Notes: generated by a model from the letters alone, not told the origin. DNA of 60,918 nt from an uncultured virus (IMG/VR IMGVR_UViG_3300008113_010842) (IMGVR_UViG_3300008113_010842); one strand, 5' to 3'. Shown: positions 47,327 to 55,387, counted from the first letter of the stretch. Numbers and translations are program-made.

Positions 47327-47399
47327 GACACCGTGTCTGAATGGCTTAGGTCCCAGTCTGCAAAACTGTGGTATGTCGGTTCGAACCCGACCGGTGTCT
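47327..47399 (+). tRNA. tRNA-Cys(GCA)
   Basis: CAGT-CTGCAAA-ACTG; U73. Confidence 0.88.
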
Positions 47400-47405
47400 C
47401 AATAA

Positions 47406-47477
47406 GCTTCTTAAGCATTAATGGTGATGCGCTAGTCTTGTAAACTAGAGAAATCGGATCGTTACCGGTAAGAAGCT
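47406..47477 (+). tRNA. tRNA-Thr(TGT)
   Basis: CTAGT-CTTGTAA-ACTAG. Confidence 0.88.
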
Positions 47478-47480
47478 CAA

Positions 47481-47597
47481 TAACAGATGGTGATTGAAAG
47501 TGTTACTTCGTTTAATGGATAAACAATTGACTTCTAATCAATACTTCGGTGGTTCGATTCCACCAGTAAAAACCTCTTTCAGGACTTTCCTCTGTTA
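47481..47597 (+). tRNA. tRNA-Arg(TCT)-like core (47501-47572) inside an extended hairpin
   Basis: ATTGA-CTTCTAA-TCAAT, T arm GGTGG-TTCGATT-CCACC; flanks TAACAGA/TCTGTTA and TGAAAG/CTTTCA pair. Confidence 0.55.
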
Positions 47598-47602
47598 TAT
47601 CT

Positions 47603-47693
47603 GCCTCAGTGGCGAAATTTGGTTGAAACGCGCTAGACTTAGGATCTAGTACCCAAGTGGCAAACGTTGTCGGTTCGAGTCCGACCTGAGGTA
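47603..47693 (+). tRNA. tRNA-Leu(TAG)
   Basis: CTAGA-CTTAGGA-TCTAG; long variable arm. Confidence 0.9.
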
Positions 47694-47700
47694 CAAAATT

Positions 47701-47791
47701 GCTCCAGTGGCGAAACTGGTTGAAACGCATGGGACTTAAAATCCCATACCCTATGAGGTGAACGTTGTCGGTTCGAATCCGACCTGGAGTA
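47701..47791 (+). tRNA. tRNA-Leu(TAA)
   Basis: TGGGA-CTTAAAA-TCCCA; long variable arm. Confidence 0.9.
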
Positions 47792-47797
47792 CAAAAT

Positions 47798-47867
47798 GCC
47801 GCGGCTTAGTGGAAAAGGACATTGGCTCATATCCTGTGTTAAGTGAGTTCGAACCTCATACGCGGTA
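47798..47867 (+). tRNA. Atypical tRNA with CAT anticodon (Met or Ile2)
   Basis: Acceptor GCCGCG/CGCGGT, loop CTCATAT, reduced D arm, elongated anticodon stem. Confidence 0.6.
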
Positions 47868-47875
47868 CAATATAA

Positions 47876-47948
47876 GCCCCTGTGACGTAATTGGTAGTCG
47901 TATTCGTTTCAAATGCGGAGTGTCCGAGTTCGAATCTCGGTAGGGGTA
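47876..47948 (+). tRNA. tRNA with CAA (Leu) anticodon but short variable loop
   Basis: TTCGT-TTCAAAT-GCGGA; 4-nt variable loop. Confidence 0.65.
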
Positions 47949-47981
47949 CAAACCAGATATATAAATAAAAAAAAATATATT

Positions 47982-48308
47982 ATGGTAGCAAGTATAACTG
48001 ATGAGAACTTTCAAGAAATAATTATAAGTTCTGACAAACTAATTTTAGTTGATTTTTGGGCTGAGTGGTGTAACCCGTGTAAAGCTTTGGCTCCTGCTTT
48101 AGAAGAGGCATCAAATGATTTAGGTGAAAAAATAATTGTATATAAAGTTAATATTGATGAAAATCCAGTCACTCCTCAAAAATATGGTGTCAGAGGAATT
48201 CCAACAATTATATTTTTTAAAGGTGGTGAAGTAGTGGATAGACAAGTAGGTGTATTACCAAAATCAAAACTTTATGAAAAAATAGAAGATGTTTTGTCTA
48301 ATAATTAA
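47982..48308 (+). CDS. trxA: Thioredoxin (start re-assigned to MVASIT)
   Basis: VDFWAEWCNPCK; the upstream in-frame extension overlaps a tRNA. Confidence 0.92.
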   Translation: MVASITDENFQEIIISSDKLILVDFWAEWCNPCKALAPALEEASNDLGEKIIVYKVNIDENPVTPQKYGVRGIPTIIFFKGGEVVDRQVGVLPKSKLYEKIEDVLSNN

Positions 48309-48902
48309 TTAACTTGGCCAGTTATCGTGTTTGTCCAAAAACCTTAAATCGTGAGTTGTAAGTTTAAAATCATCAAATCTATTTAGAAATTTTACAAATT
48401 CTTCCAAAGACTCATCTTCTAATGCAAAAACAGTATTGCTTCTATCAAACTTAGAATTATAGGTTGTATGTTGTATAACTTTGACCTTATTTGGTGATTC
48501 AATAGAAAACTCACATGCCATCAAATCACCATAAGTTATATCAATATTAATTCTGATTTTATTTGAATTATTATCCTTTGTAAAATATAAATCAAATTCT
48601 AAACAATCGGGCTCACCCCAATGATTTTCTGGTACACTCTCATAACTAATTTCTACCATGTCGGCAATAAGCATAATATTACCTTTTTTAAATTTTGACT
48701 TATTGCCTTTGTAAATAATTGTGATGTATTTAGGTAGAAATTTTTTCCAATCTTCATTATAAATCAATATTTGATTTTTATTTTTGACCGAAATATTAGG
48801 ATCATAAACATTACCATCTGGTAAGTCTTTTTCACCAGAACTTTTGACCTTTAGTGTATAATTATCACCTGGAAAACTCTCAAATTTCTTTAAATATTTC
48901 AT
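48309..48902 (-). CDS. Hypothetical protein, paralog of 54136..54885
   Basis: MKYLKKFESF N-terminus; GEPD.LEFD..F.K...IDITYGD.MA.EFS.E.PNK. Confidence 0.8.
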   Translation of the reverse strand: MKYLKKFESFPGDNYTLKVKSSGEKDLPDGNVYDPNISVKNKNQILIYNEDWKKFLPKYITIIYKGNKSKFKKGNIMLIADMVEISYESVPENHWGEPDCLEFDLYFTKDNNSNKIRINIDITYGDLMACEFSIESPNKVKVIQHTTYNSKFDRSNTVFALEDESLEEFVKFLNRFDDFKLTTHDLRFLDKHDNWPS

Positions 48903-48904
48903 AA

Positions 48905-51139
48905 TTACTCAAATAATGGAAATCTTGGAAGATATAATCTAGTAGTTGCATTATCTGCAAAAATCAAGTATTTAGAATCTTCTCCGATTATATATTGATT
49001 CAACATTTTAGTATGTACATTCTCTGGTAATACTTCAGAGAATAGTCTTATATTAGTAACTTTCATATCTGAACCTTTTATTACAGGATTCACTCTTATA
49101 GAGTATTCTATTGGTTCTATACTCTGTGAATTAAAATATACTTTTTGTAATATTGTGTTTGTCAAATCAGCTGCATCTTCTTCATCTTCAACATTTCTTT
49201 TATAAATGTATTGTTGTAAATTTCTTTGTTTTTGGTCTAAATTTATTAAGTAACAATACCAAGTCTCTTCGTTTAAGGCTGATGAATCAAAAGTAGAATT
49301 CAGATTAAATTCATAATTAGTTGTATTTAAAGTCACTGTTATTTTGTCATTTGAAAGTGAAGTTCTAAATCCTTGTTGAAGTTCTTCATCATAGAAATCA
49401 AAGAAAGAATAAACTTCATCAGGTATGTAATTGTGTAAGTTAAACCAAATTTGATAAGATAAATTATTAGAAACTTTTAATCTCGGATCGAAATTATAAT
49501 AAACAACACCTGGTGTTCCAAAATTTACGGATGCCAAGTCATAATTAGTTTTTGCAATAATTGTAGATGAGTTTTCAATTAGTTCTTTGTCAATTTCTGC
49601 AAAAATTTCTAATCTCATTTTTTCTCTTGTTAATGGAGCAAATTGTGGTTTATTTGCAATTGATGCTTTTTCTTGATCTTGTTCAAAACCCATCAATTCA
49701 TCAATTGTAGTATTCTTAGTGAGTTTATCAATAGTATTCTTAACCTCATCACTAGCTGGTTGAACATTTGATTTTTGAGTATATTTTTTCAAAATAAGTT
49801 TATAGTAAACCGCATTATTATTAAATCCTCTAAATTGTTGTGCGTGGTCAACTTGATACATTCTATTCAAATTACAGAAATAAAGAAAATCTTCTTTAGA
49901 CGGTCTTCTCTGTACACCAAATACTTGTTTGAATTGTTGTTTTGTTATATGAGCTTCCATCGTCTCAAATAAATTTAAATCAAATTGATTCATAACAATT
50001 TGCGAATCTGGAAAATTATTACCTTCAATAGATACTTTTAAATCACCTTGACAAACAATATTATATAATTGATATTCATTTAGTATATGGTCTTGTCCTT
50101 TTTTATCAGGGTCAGTTGCGAAATAAATTACTTGATGACCAAACATTTGTTGAGAATCATTACTTAATTTTTCAAGTAACTTAACTGCTGTATTCTGGGC
50201 GTATGGATTATAGAGATTTGCTTTTTCATCATCAGACATTGGTTTGAAGACATTAACATCACATGCAGGACCACCACCACTTGAGTTCAAGTTTGTGTTT
50301 GGTATAAAGTTTCCATTCTTATCATAAGAGCCGTACAAGTTAGATTGACAACATTCTCTTACACCAAACAAATTAGACTTTTGATAATCATTAGATACAT
50401 TTTGAAAATCACCTATTAAGTTAATATCTTGAATAGACATAGAGGTGTTTGAATTATTTTCAATCATATATTCTATTTGAAAAAATCTTATTGGATTTAT
50501 CCTTACACTAGTGATATTCTCTTTTGACAGAGGTTCCCATTTAGACCAAGTTCTTGTTGAATCTTGAGAGTATCTATATTTTATAGAAACACCACTTGGT
50601 AATACATCGGGATGTGAAGTCGAAATAATTTCAATATCTGAAATTGAAAAAACTTTAAAAATGAAAGGTGATTGTATAATCTTCATTTGACCAACAGAAA
50701 GGTTGATGGTTGAACCTAAATTTTCTACAAACCTATCAATTTCTCCCTCAATTTTATATTCAATTATTTTGATAGAGCCTACTGTTGATGTACCCTTTCT
50801 TTGCCACTTTATTTCTAAATGCAATTTTTCTTTAGGATCTAATTGTGGAAATCCATCAACTGACCTATTTAAGGGTAACCATTCGGACCAATTGACCATA
50901 TTATTTGAAATCCTAAAAAATTGTGTCAGATATCTTGTGTCATTTAATCCCAACGTATCATATGAAAACTTTGTAATTTTAGTGACGTTTTCTAAATCTG
51001 GAAATGTCAAAATATATTCGTCATTTGGTGCTAAAAAAACAGGACAAGCATCAGGTGCAGTTGAATTAGTTCCATAAACATCAAATTTATCACTGATAGT
51101 GATTTTACCAAAAGAACTATTTGAGACAATACTATACAT
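48905..51139 (-). CDS. Putative virion neck/head-closure-like structural protein (start re-assigned to MYSIVS)
   Basis: Central segment FG..V.Y...D.ILNEY...F.QVFG..RRP...DFLYF...NRMYQV.H recalls myovirus neck proteins; upstream TTTAATATATA. Confidence 0.5.
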   Translation of the reverse strand: MYSIVSNSSFGKITISDKFDVYGTNSTAPDACPVFLAPNDEYILTFPDLENVTKITKFSYDTLGLNDTRYLTQFFRISNNMVNWSEWLPLNRSVDGFPQLDPKEKLHLEIKWQRKGTSTVGSIKIIEYKIEGEIDRFVENLGSTINLSVGQMKIIQSPFIFKVFSISDIEIISTSHPDVLPSGVSIKYRYSQDSTRTWSKWEPLSKENITSVRINPIRFFQIEYMIENNSNTSMSIQDINLIGDFQNVSNDYQKSNLFGVRECCQSNLYGSYDKNGNFIPNTNLNSSGGGPACDVNVFKPMSDDEKANLYNPYAQNTAVKLLEKLSNDSQQMFGHQVIYFATDPDKKGQDHILNEYQLYNIVCQGDLKVSIEGNNFPDSQIVMNQFDLNLFETMEAHITKQQFKQVFGVQRRPSKEDFLYFCNLNRMYQVDHAQQFRGFNNNAVYYKLILKKYTQKSNVQPASDEVKNTIDKLTKNTTIDELMGFEQDQEKASIANKPQFAPLTREKMRLEIFAEIDKELIENSSTIIAKTNYDLASVNFGTPGVVYYNFDPRLKVSNNLSYQIWFNLHNYIPDEVYSFFDFYDEELQQGFRTSLSNDKITVTLNTTNYEFNLNSTFDSSALNEETWYCYLINLDQKQRNLQQYIYKRNVEDEEDAADLTNTILQKVYFNSQSIEPIEYSIRVNPVIKGSDMKVTNIRLFSEVLPENVHTKMLNQYIIGEDSKYLIFADNATTRLYLPRFPLFE

Positions 51140-51173
51140 AAGGTATATATTAAAAAAATAATATACCAAATAT

Positions 51174-51204
51174 TTTGCCAATTAGATAATTTGTATTATC
51201 TTTG
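51174..51204 (+). promoter_or_regulatory. Bacteroidota-type promoter
   Basis: TTTG-N19-TATCTTTG. Confidence 0.7.
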
Positions 51205-51234
51205 TATAGTAAAAGAATATCTAAACTTAAACAA

Positions 51235-52458
51235 ATGAATATTAAAGAAACATTCTTACAATTAACAAGCAAAACTTATCCACACGGAACAGAAGAACAA
51301 CTCTTTCCAATTCTTTACAATATTGTAGATAATCTTCAAAAAGATGAATTTGGTAATCTATTTATAAAAATTGGTGATAGTGATGTTATGTTTACCTCTC
51401 ACTTAGATACTGCAACTTCTGCTAATACTCCGGTTAACCATGTTTTTGATGGTAAAATTATAAAAACCGATGGTAAATCAATTTTAGGAGCTGATGATAA
51501 AGCTGGTGTGACTATTATGCTTTATATGATTAAAAATCAAATTCCAGGTCTTTATTACTTCTTTTTAGGTGAAGAAGTTGGATGTATTGGTTCTAAAAAA
51601 GTTGCGAATGTTCAAAAGGAAAATAAAATCGAAGGTATAAATAAAGTCATTTCTTTTGACCGAAGAGGAACTAATTCAGTAATTACTTTTCAAAGTGGTA
51701 AAAGATGTTGTTCAGATAACTTTGGTAAAAGTTTGTCTGCTCAACTTAATCAAGCTGAGTCAAGTTTTATTTATCAAAATGATCCTACTGGAATTTTAAC
51801 AGACTCTGTTCAATTTATAAGTATTTATCCAGAGTGTACAAACATTTCGGTTGGTTATCAATCAGAACACACGTTTTCTGAAACACAAAATATTGAACAC
51901 TTAGAAAAGTTAGCAGAAGCTTGTTTAAAAGTAGATTGGAAGTCTTTACCTGTTGAGAGAGATCCTTCTAAAGTTGAGTATAAATCTTATTATGGGTATC
52001 CTGGTTGGGATGATTGGGATGATGATTACTCTTATGGTTCTTATGGATACGGTTCGAGTCGTTGGTCTGGTTGGAGAAATAATAAGACTTTTGAAAAGCC
52101 TAAACCTAAAACAGAAAATGTTTGGTTTCATGACCGTGAATTCAACTATGTTTCTAAGGTAGAAGTAGAACAATATTCTAATAAAGTAATTTCTGTTGAT
52201 TTATGTAAAGAAAGAATTCTTAAAGAGAAACTTATAATTGATACTTTGTTGAAATCATTAGATTTAGATTTTGATTCTTCTTCATGGGATGGAATGAAGT
52301 ATGTAATAAATTTTTCAGACAACACAACAAATAATTGTGATAGAAATGAATTAGTAACATACCTACCTGAGTTGGACTACAGAACAATAGAAGAATTAGG
52401 AACTCCTGATAATTTTTTAGACGCATCTTTAGACATGTGTGATAGTTTTTATGATTAG
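51235..52458 (+). CDS. M28/M20-family zinc peptidase (start re-assigned to MNIKET)
   Basis: SHLDT, LGADDKAG, GEEVGCIGS, SFDRRG, NISVGY..EHT..E. Confidence 0.85.
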   Translation: MNIKETFLQLTSKTYPHGTEEQLFPILYNIVDNLQKDEFGNLFIKIGDSDVMFTSHLDTATSANTPVNHVFDGKIIKTDGKSILGADDKAGVTIMLYMIKNQIPGLYYFFLGEEVGCIGSKKVANVQKENKIEGINKVISFDRRGTNSVITFQSGKRCCSDNFGKSLSAQLNQAESSFIYQNDPTGILTDSVQFISIYPECTNISVGYQSEHTFSETQNIEHLEKLAEACLKVDWKSLPVERDPSKVEYKSYYGYPGWDDWDDDYSYGSYGYGSSRWSGWRNNKTFEKPKPKTENVWFHDREFNYVSKVEVEQYSNKVISVDLCKERILKEKLIIDTLLKSLDLDFDSSSWDGMKYVINFSDNTTNNCDRNELVTYLPELDYRTIEELGTPDNFLDASLDMCDSFYD

Positions 52459-52467
52459 TAATTTGAT

Positions 52468-52668
52468 ATGAAGCCTGTAAAAGACAGATGGATAACACAA
52501 AGTGTTAGATATACTAAGGTAGAGTTTCATAATAAGATATTTCGGAGATATCACTACTGTTATAAAGGAAGAACTACTGATATACTTTGGCTATCATCTG
52601 ATAGGTCATTCCTTCCAGAGTCATTAGAAAATAAATTAGAAAATGAATTCCAAAAAGAAGTCGATTAA
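52468..52668 (+). CDS. Hypothetical protein
   Basis: 66-aa ORF in operon. Confidence 0.6.
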   Translation: MKPVKDRWITQSVRYTKVEFHNKIFRRYHYCYKGRTTDILWLSSDRSFLPESLENKLENEFQKEVD

Positions 52669-52693
52669 AACCGACTTTTAAAATTTTTAACAT

Positions 52694-52831
52694 ATGAACA
52701 TTATAAAAAAATATAGAAGAAAAAGAAAACTCACTGATATAATATACAAGGAATTTGAAAAATCATTGAAAGATGGTGATTATCAAAGGGCATGTATTTT
52801 GTCTCATAGACTTTTAAAACTTAAAATATGA
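52694..52831 (+). CDS. Small hypothetical protein (45 aa, absent from ORF track)
   Basis: Fills a gap; stop overlaps the next start (ATGA). Confidence 0.5.
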   Translation: MNIIKKYRRKRKLTDIIYKEFEKSLKDGDYQRACILSHRLLKLKI

Positions 52832-53313
52832 CAATTAGTGAATTAAAATTGATAATTGATGAAAAAACTAATTCATCAAAAAAACTACATAAGCAACTAA
52901 CTGAACTACATCAAGAACTGAATTCTTTAAGAAACCAGTTTAATCAACTCGAAATGGAAGAGTTTGTAAATTACTTACAGATTGGAGAAGTTATTGAATT
53001 TGATAATTATTACTCATTAAAGGGTTACTGTAGAGATCCTAAATCTACAAATTCATTTCAATCTGGTGAAAAGATTAAGATTCTTAAAAAAAATAAAAAA
53101 TCTATTGTCATTGAAGTGATTAAAAAGTTTCAGAGAAGATGGGATGATGTTCAAAAAAAATCAGTTATTGTTGGTGAGACAAATCCTGGTTGGAACATAA
53201 GAGTTGATTTAGATTCATTTTTTCATTTTTATTTAAAAAGAAAAACTATGAAAGATGCTTTTGATTCATATGTAAAAAGAAAACACGCACTAGATAGTCT
53301 ATTTGATGAATAA
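52828..53313 (+). CDS. Hypothetical protein
   Basis: 161-aa ORF. Confidence 0.75.
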   Translation: MTISELKLIIDEKTNSSKKLHKQLTELHQELNSLRNQFNQLEMEEFVNYLQIGEVIEFDNYYSLKGYCRDPKSTNSFQSGEKIKILKKNKKSIVIEVIKKFQRRWDDVQKKSVIVGETNPGWNIRVDLDSFFHFYLKRKTMKDAFDSYVKRKHALDSLFDE

Positions 53314-53755
53314 AGAAGTTGAAATATTAAAGATAGGTAATATTATGCCAGTTCTTCCAATAAAAGGAACTAGAGTTTATGATACTTCTCAGTTTAGAGA
53401 CAAACAAACTATTATGGTGGTTTCTGATGGAGGGTATCTTTTTGATTACTACATCAACATACTAAGAAGTAATTGTGATGATTACAACTACTTAAAAACA
53501 GCAAAGTCAATTGTTGGAAAGCCTCAAACCTTTAGGAGCTCTTTGGTTGGAAATCAACCTGTAGATACACTAAAAGGTCTTTCAGATGGTGATCCACAAA
53601 TAGGTCAATCATATACCATAAATAATTCAAGTTGGTATACATCTAAAGTTGAAAAAATAATAGATGGTTGTGTTATCATCACAAAAAATTCTGTTTATGC
53701 AATACATAATGTTTCTGATGTCAGAGATAGCAAATTGAGAAATATAGGAATTTAG
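53303..53755 (+). CDS. Hypothetical protein
   Basis: 150-aa ORF with TSKV..I......TKNSVY motif. Confidence 0.75.
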   Translation: MMNKEVEILKIGNIMPVLPIKGTRVYDTSQFRDKQTIMVVSDGGYLFDYYINILRSNCDDYNYLKTAKSIVGKPQTFRSSLVGNQPVDTLKGLSDGDPQIGQSYTINNSSWYTSKVEKIIDGCVIITKNSVYAIHNVSDVRDSKLRNIGI

Positions 53756-53779
53756 TATTTCTATTTTAATATATACTCT

Positions 53780-54139
53780 ATGAAGTATATTAAACCCATA
53801 AATGAGTTTAACCGAACTATTGGATTCAGATATTCTAAACCGACAAATAAATTTAGAACTATTTTTTATTGTTTTGGTGAATTAATCCAAGAAGATTTAT
53901 CTAATTTATTAGAACATCTAGATATACCCTATGAAAATATCTCAATAGTTAATGATGATGGTACTATTTCTTTTGAAGATGGTGAATCAGAATATAATTT
54001 ACAATTGTCATTTGATTTTGCAGTTTATAGTGAGCAAGAAATAGAAAAGATAATACAAGATGTTAGATTTGGCTTAAGTAGAGAATTTGATGTGGAAACA
54101 ATTCATTTTCTCATAAAAGAATTGCCAAGATTAAAATGA
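53780..54139 (+). CDS. Hypothetical protein
   Basis: MKYIKPINEF N-terminus; upstream TTTAATATATA. Confidence 0.75.
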   Translation: MKYIKPINEFNRTIGFRYSKPTNKFRTIFYCFGELIQEDLSNLLEHLDIPYENISIVNDDGTISFEDGESEYNLQLSFDFAVYSEQEIEKIIQDVRFGLSREFDVETIHFLIKELPRLK

Positions 54140-54885
54140 AACATTTAAAAAGATTTAATGAAGGCGTTGGTATTGTCAATATAAATTCTAATCCAGAAAT
54201 GGATAGAATGCCAAATTTACAACACAGAGGTAATAATTTAGAAAATGGTAAAAATATTTCTATGTTTGAACAAGATTGGTTTGAAAAGTTATTACCAGAT
54301 ACTTTAGAGGTTCAATCTTGTCCGATGATAAAAAAACTTAACTTTGATCAAAGTTTATCAGATTTGAATACTGAAAATAGAATCTACACTCTTGTTAAAA
54401 ATGATTGCACTATCGACAGTGATTTGATACAATTTAATTATTATCAAAATACATTTGACAAACCAGAAGATGTTATAAATGATGGTGAACCAGATTTATT
54501 GGAATTTGATATTCATTTTGTAAAAAATGAATCTGGTATAAAGTTATTAGTAGATATAACCTATGGTGATAATATGGCATATGAATTTTCATTAGAAACT
54601 CCTAATAAAATTAATGTAATTCACTACACTGGTAAAGGCTCTTTACATGATTCTGAAACTCACTGGGGTTTTACTGAAAAATCAATAGGTGATATAGTTA
54701 AGTTTTTTAATGCTTTTAATCACGGTATAAAAGTTGATAATGATGATTTTAATTTTTTAGACTCAAGTGAAGATAGTTATAAATATGATAATAAAAATAA
54801 ACAACAACTATACTCTGATGATTCTAATCTTTTGAATTTTGGAAATTCAACTAAGGAGTCGATAAAAAAATTTAAAAATTTTTAA
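54136..54885 (+). CDS. Hypothetical protein, paralog of 48309..48902
   Basis: MKHLKRFNEG N-terminus; shared core motif. Confidence 0.8.
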   Translation: MKHLKRFNEGVGIVNINSNPEMDRMPNLQHRGNNLENGKNISMFEQDWFEKLLPDTLEVQSCPMIKKLNFDQSLSDLNTENRIYTLVKNDCTIDSDLIQFNYYQNTFDKPEDVINDGEPDLLEFDIHFVKNESGIKLLVDITYGDNMAYEFSLETPNKINVIHYTGKGSLHDSETHWGFTEKSIGDIVKFFNAFNHGIKVDNDDFNFLDSSEDSYKYDNKNKQQLYSDDSNLLNFGNSTKESIKKFKNF

Positions 54886-54978
54886 TTATATTTTTTTTAA
54901 TTAAAACTTATTTCTATATTTGTAGTATAATTTTGACAAATAATTAAAAGAGGTAAAAATAATTTAATATATACTAAA

Positions 54979-55074
54979 ATGAACAACGTAATTGTAAATA
55001 TCGCAGTAGTTAACCCACAACCGCAGGATCAGGATCGTGTGAGAGTGGCTAACTATGTATTTACAATAAGTTAA
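54979..55074 (+). CDS. Attenuator leader peptide 5, MNNVIVNIAVVNPQPQDQDRVRVANYVFTIS
   Basis: CCA-CAA-CCG-CAG-GAT-CAG-GAT patch matches the Gln/Asp/Pro array; TGGCTAACT pairs with the terminator arm. Confidence 0.85.
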   Translation: MNNVIVNIAVVNPQPQDQDRVRVANYVFTIS

Positions 55075-55097
55075 TGTTTAATTAAAAACGAATTTGT

Positions 55098-55132
55098 AAA
55101 ACCCGGTTAGTCAAAATCTAATCGGGTTTTTT
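55098..55132 (+). terminator. Attenuator terminator 5
   Basis: AAAACCCGGTTAG-TCAAAAT-CTAATCGGGTTTT plus T-tract. Confidence 0.88.
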
Positions 55133-55142
55133 GTTATTATAT

Positions 55143-55215
55143 TGTCGGGTCGTCTAGTTTGGCAGGACGCAAGATTTTGGCTCTTGAAACACAGGTTCGA
55201 TGCCTGTCTCGACAT
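55143..55215 (+). tRNA. tRNA-Gln(TTG)
   Basis: CAAGA-TTTTGGC-TCTTG; U1:A72. Confidence 0.88.
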
Positions 55216-55222
55216 CAAATAC

Positions 55223-55295
55223 GGATGTGAGGTCAAACGGTTAAGATGTCTGCCTGTCACGCAGTTCGGAGCGGGTTCAACTCCCGTCACGTCCG
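55223..55295 (+). tRNA. tRNA-Asp(GTC)
   Basis: CTGC-CTGTCAC-GCAG; G73. Confidence 0.88.
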
Positions 55296-55304
55296 CTAAA
55301 ATTT

Positions 55305-55387
55305 CGGGATGTAGCCTAGAGGTTACGCAAGTTAGAGGCACTTGGTTTGGGACCAAGACGACGCAGGTTCGATTCCTGTCATCCCGA
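55305..55387 (+). tRNA. tRNA-Pro(TGG) with enlarged D loop
   Basis: CTTGG-TTTGGGA-CCAAG; C1:G72. Confidence 0.85.

Noticed and set aside
47876..47948. Reading this tRNA as an opal (TCA) suppressor, implying a recoded genome
   Set aside because: Stem pairing places CAA at the anticodon; long ORFs are intact in code 11 and both TAG and TGA serve as stops
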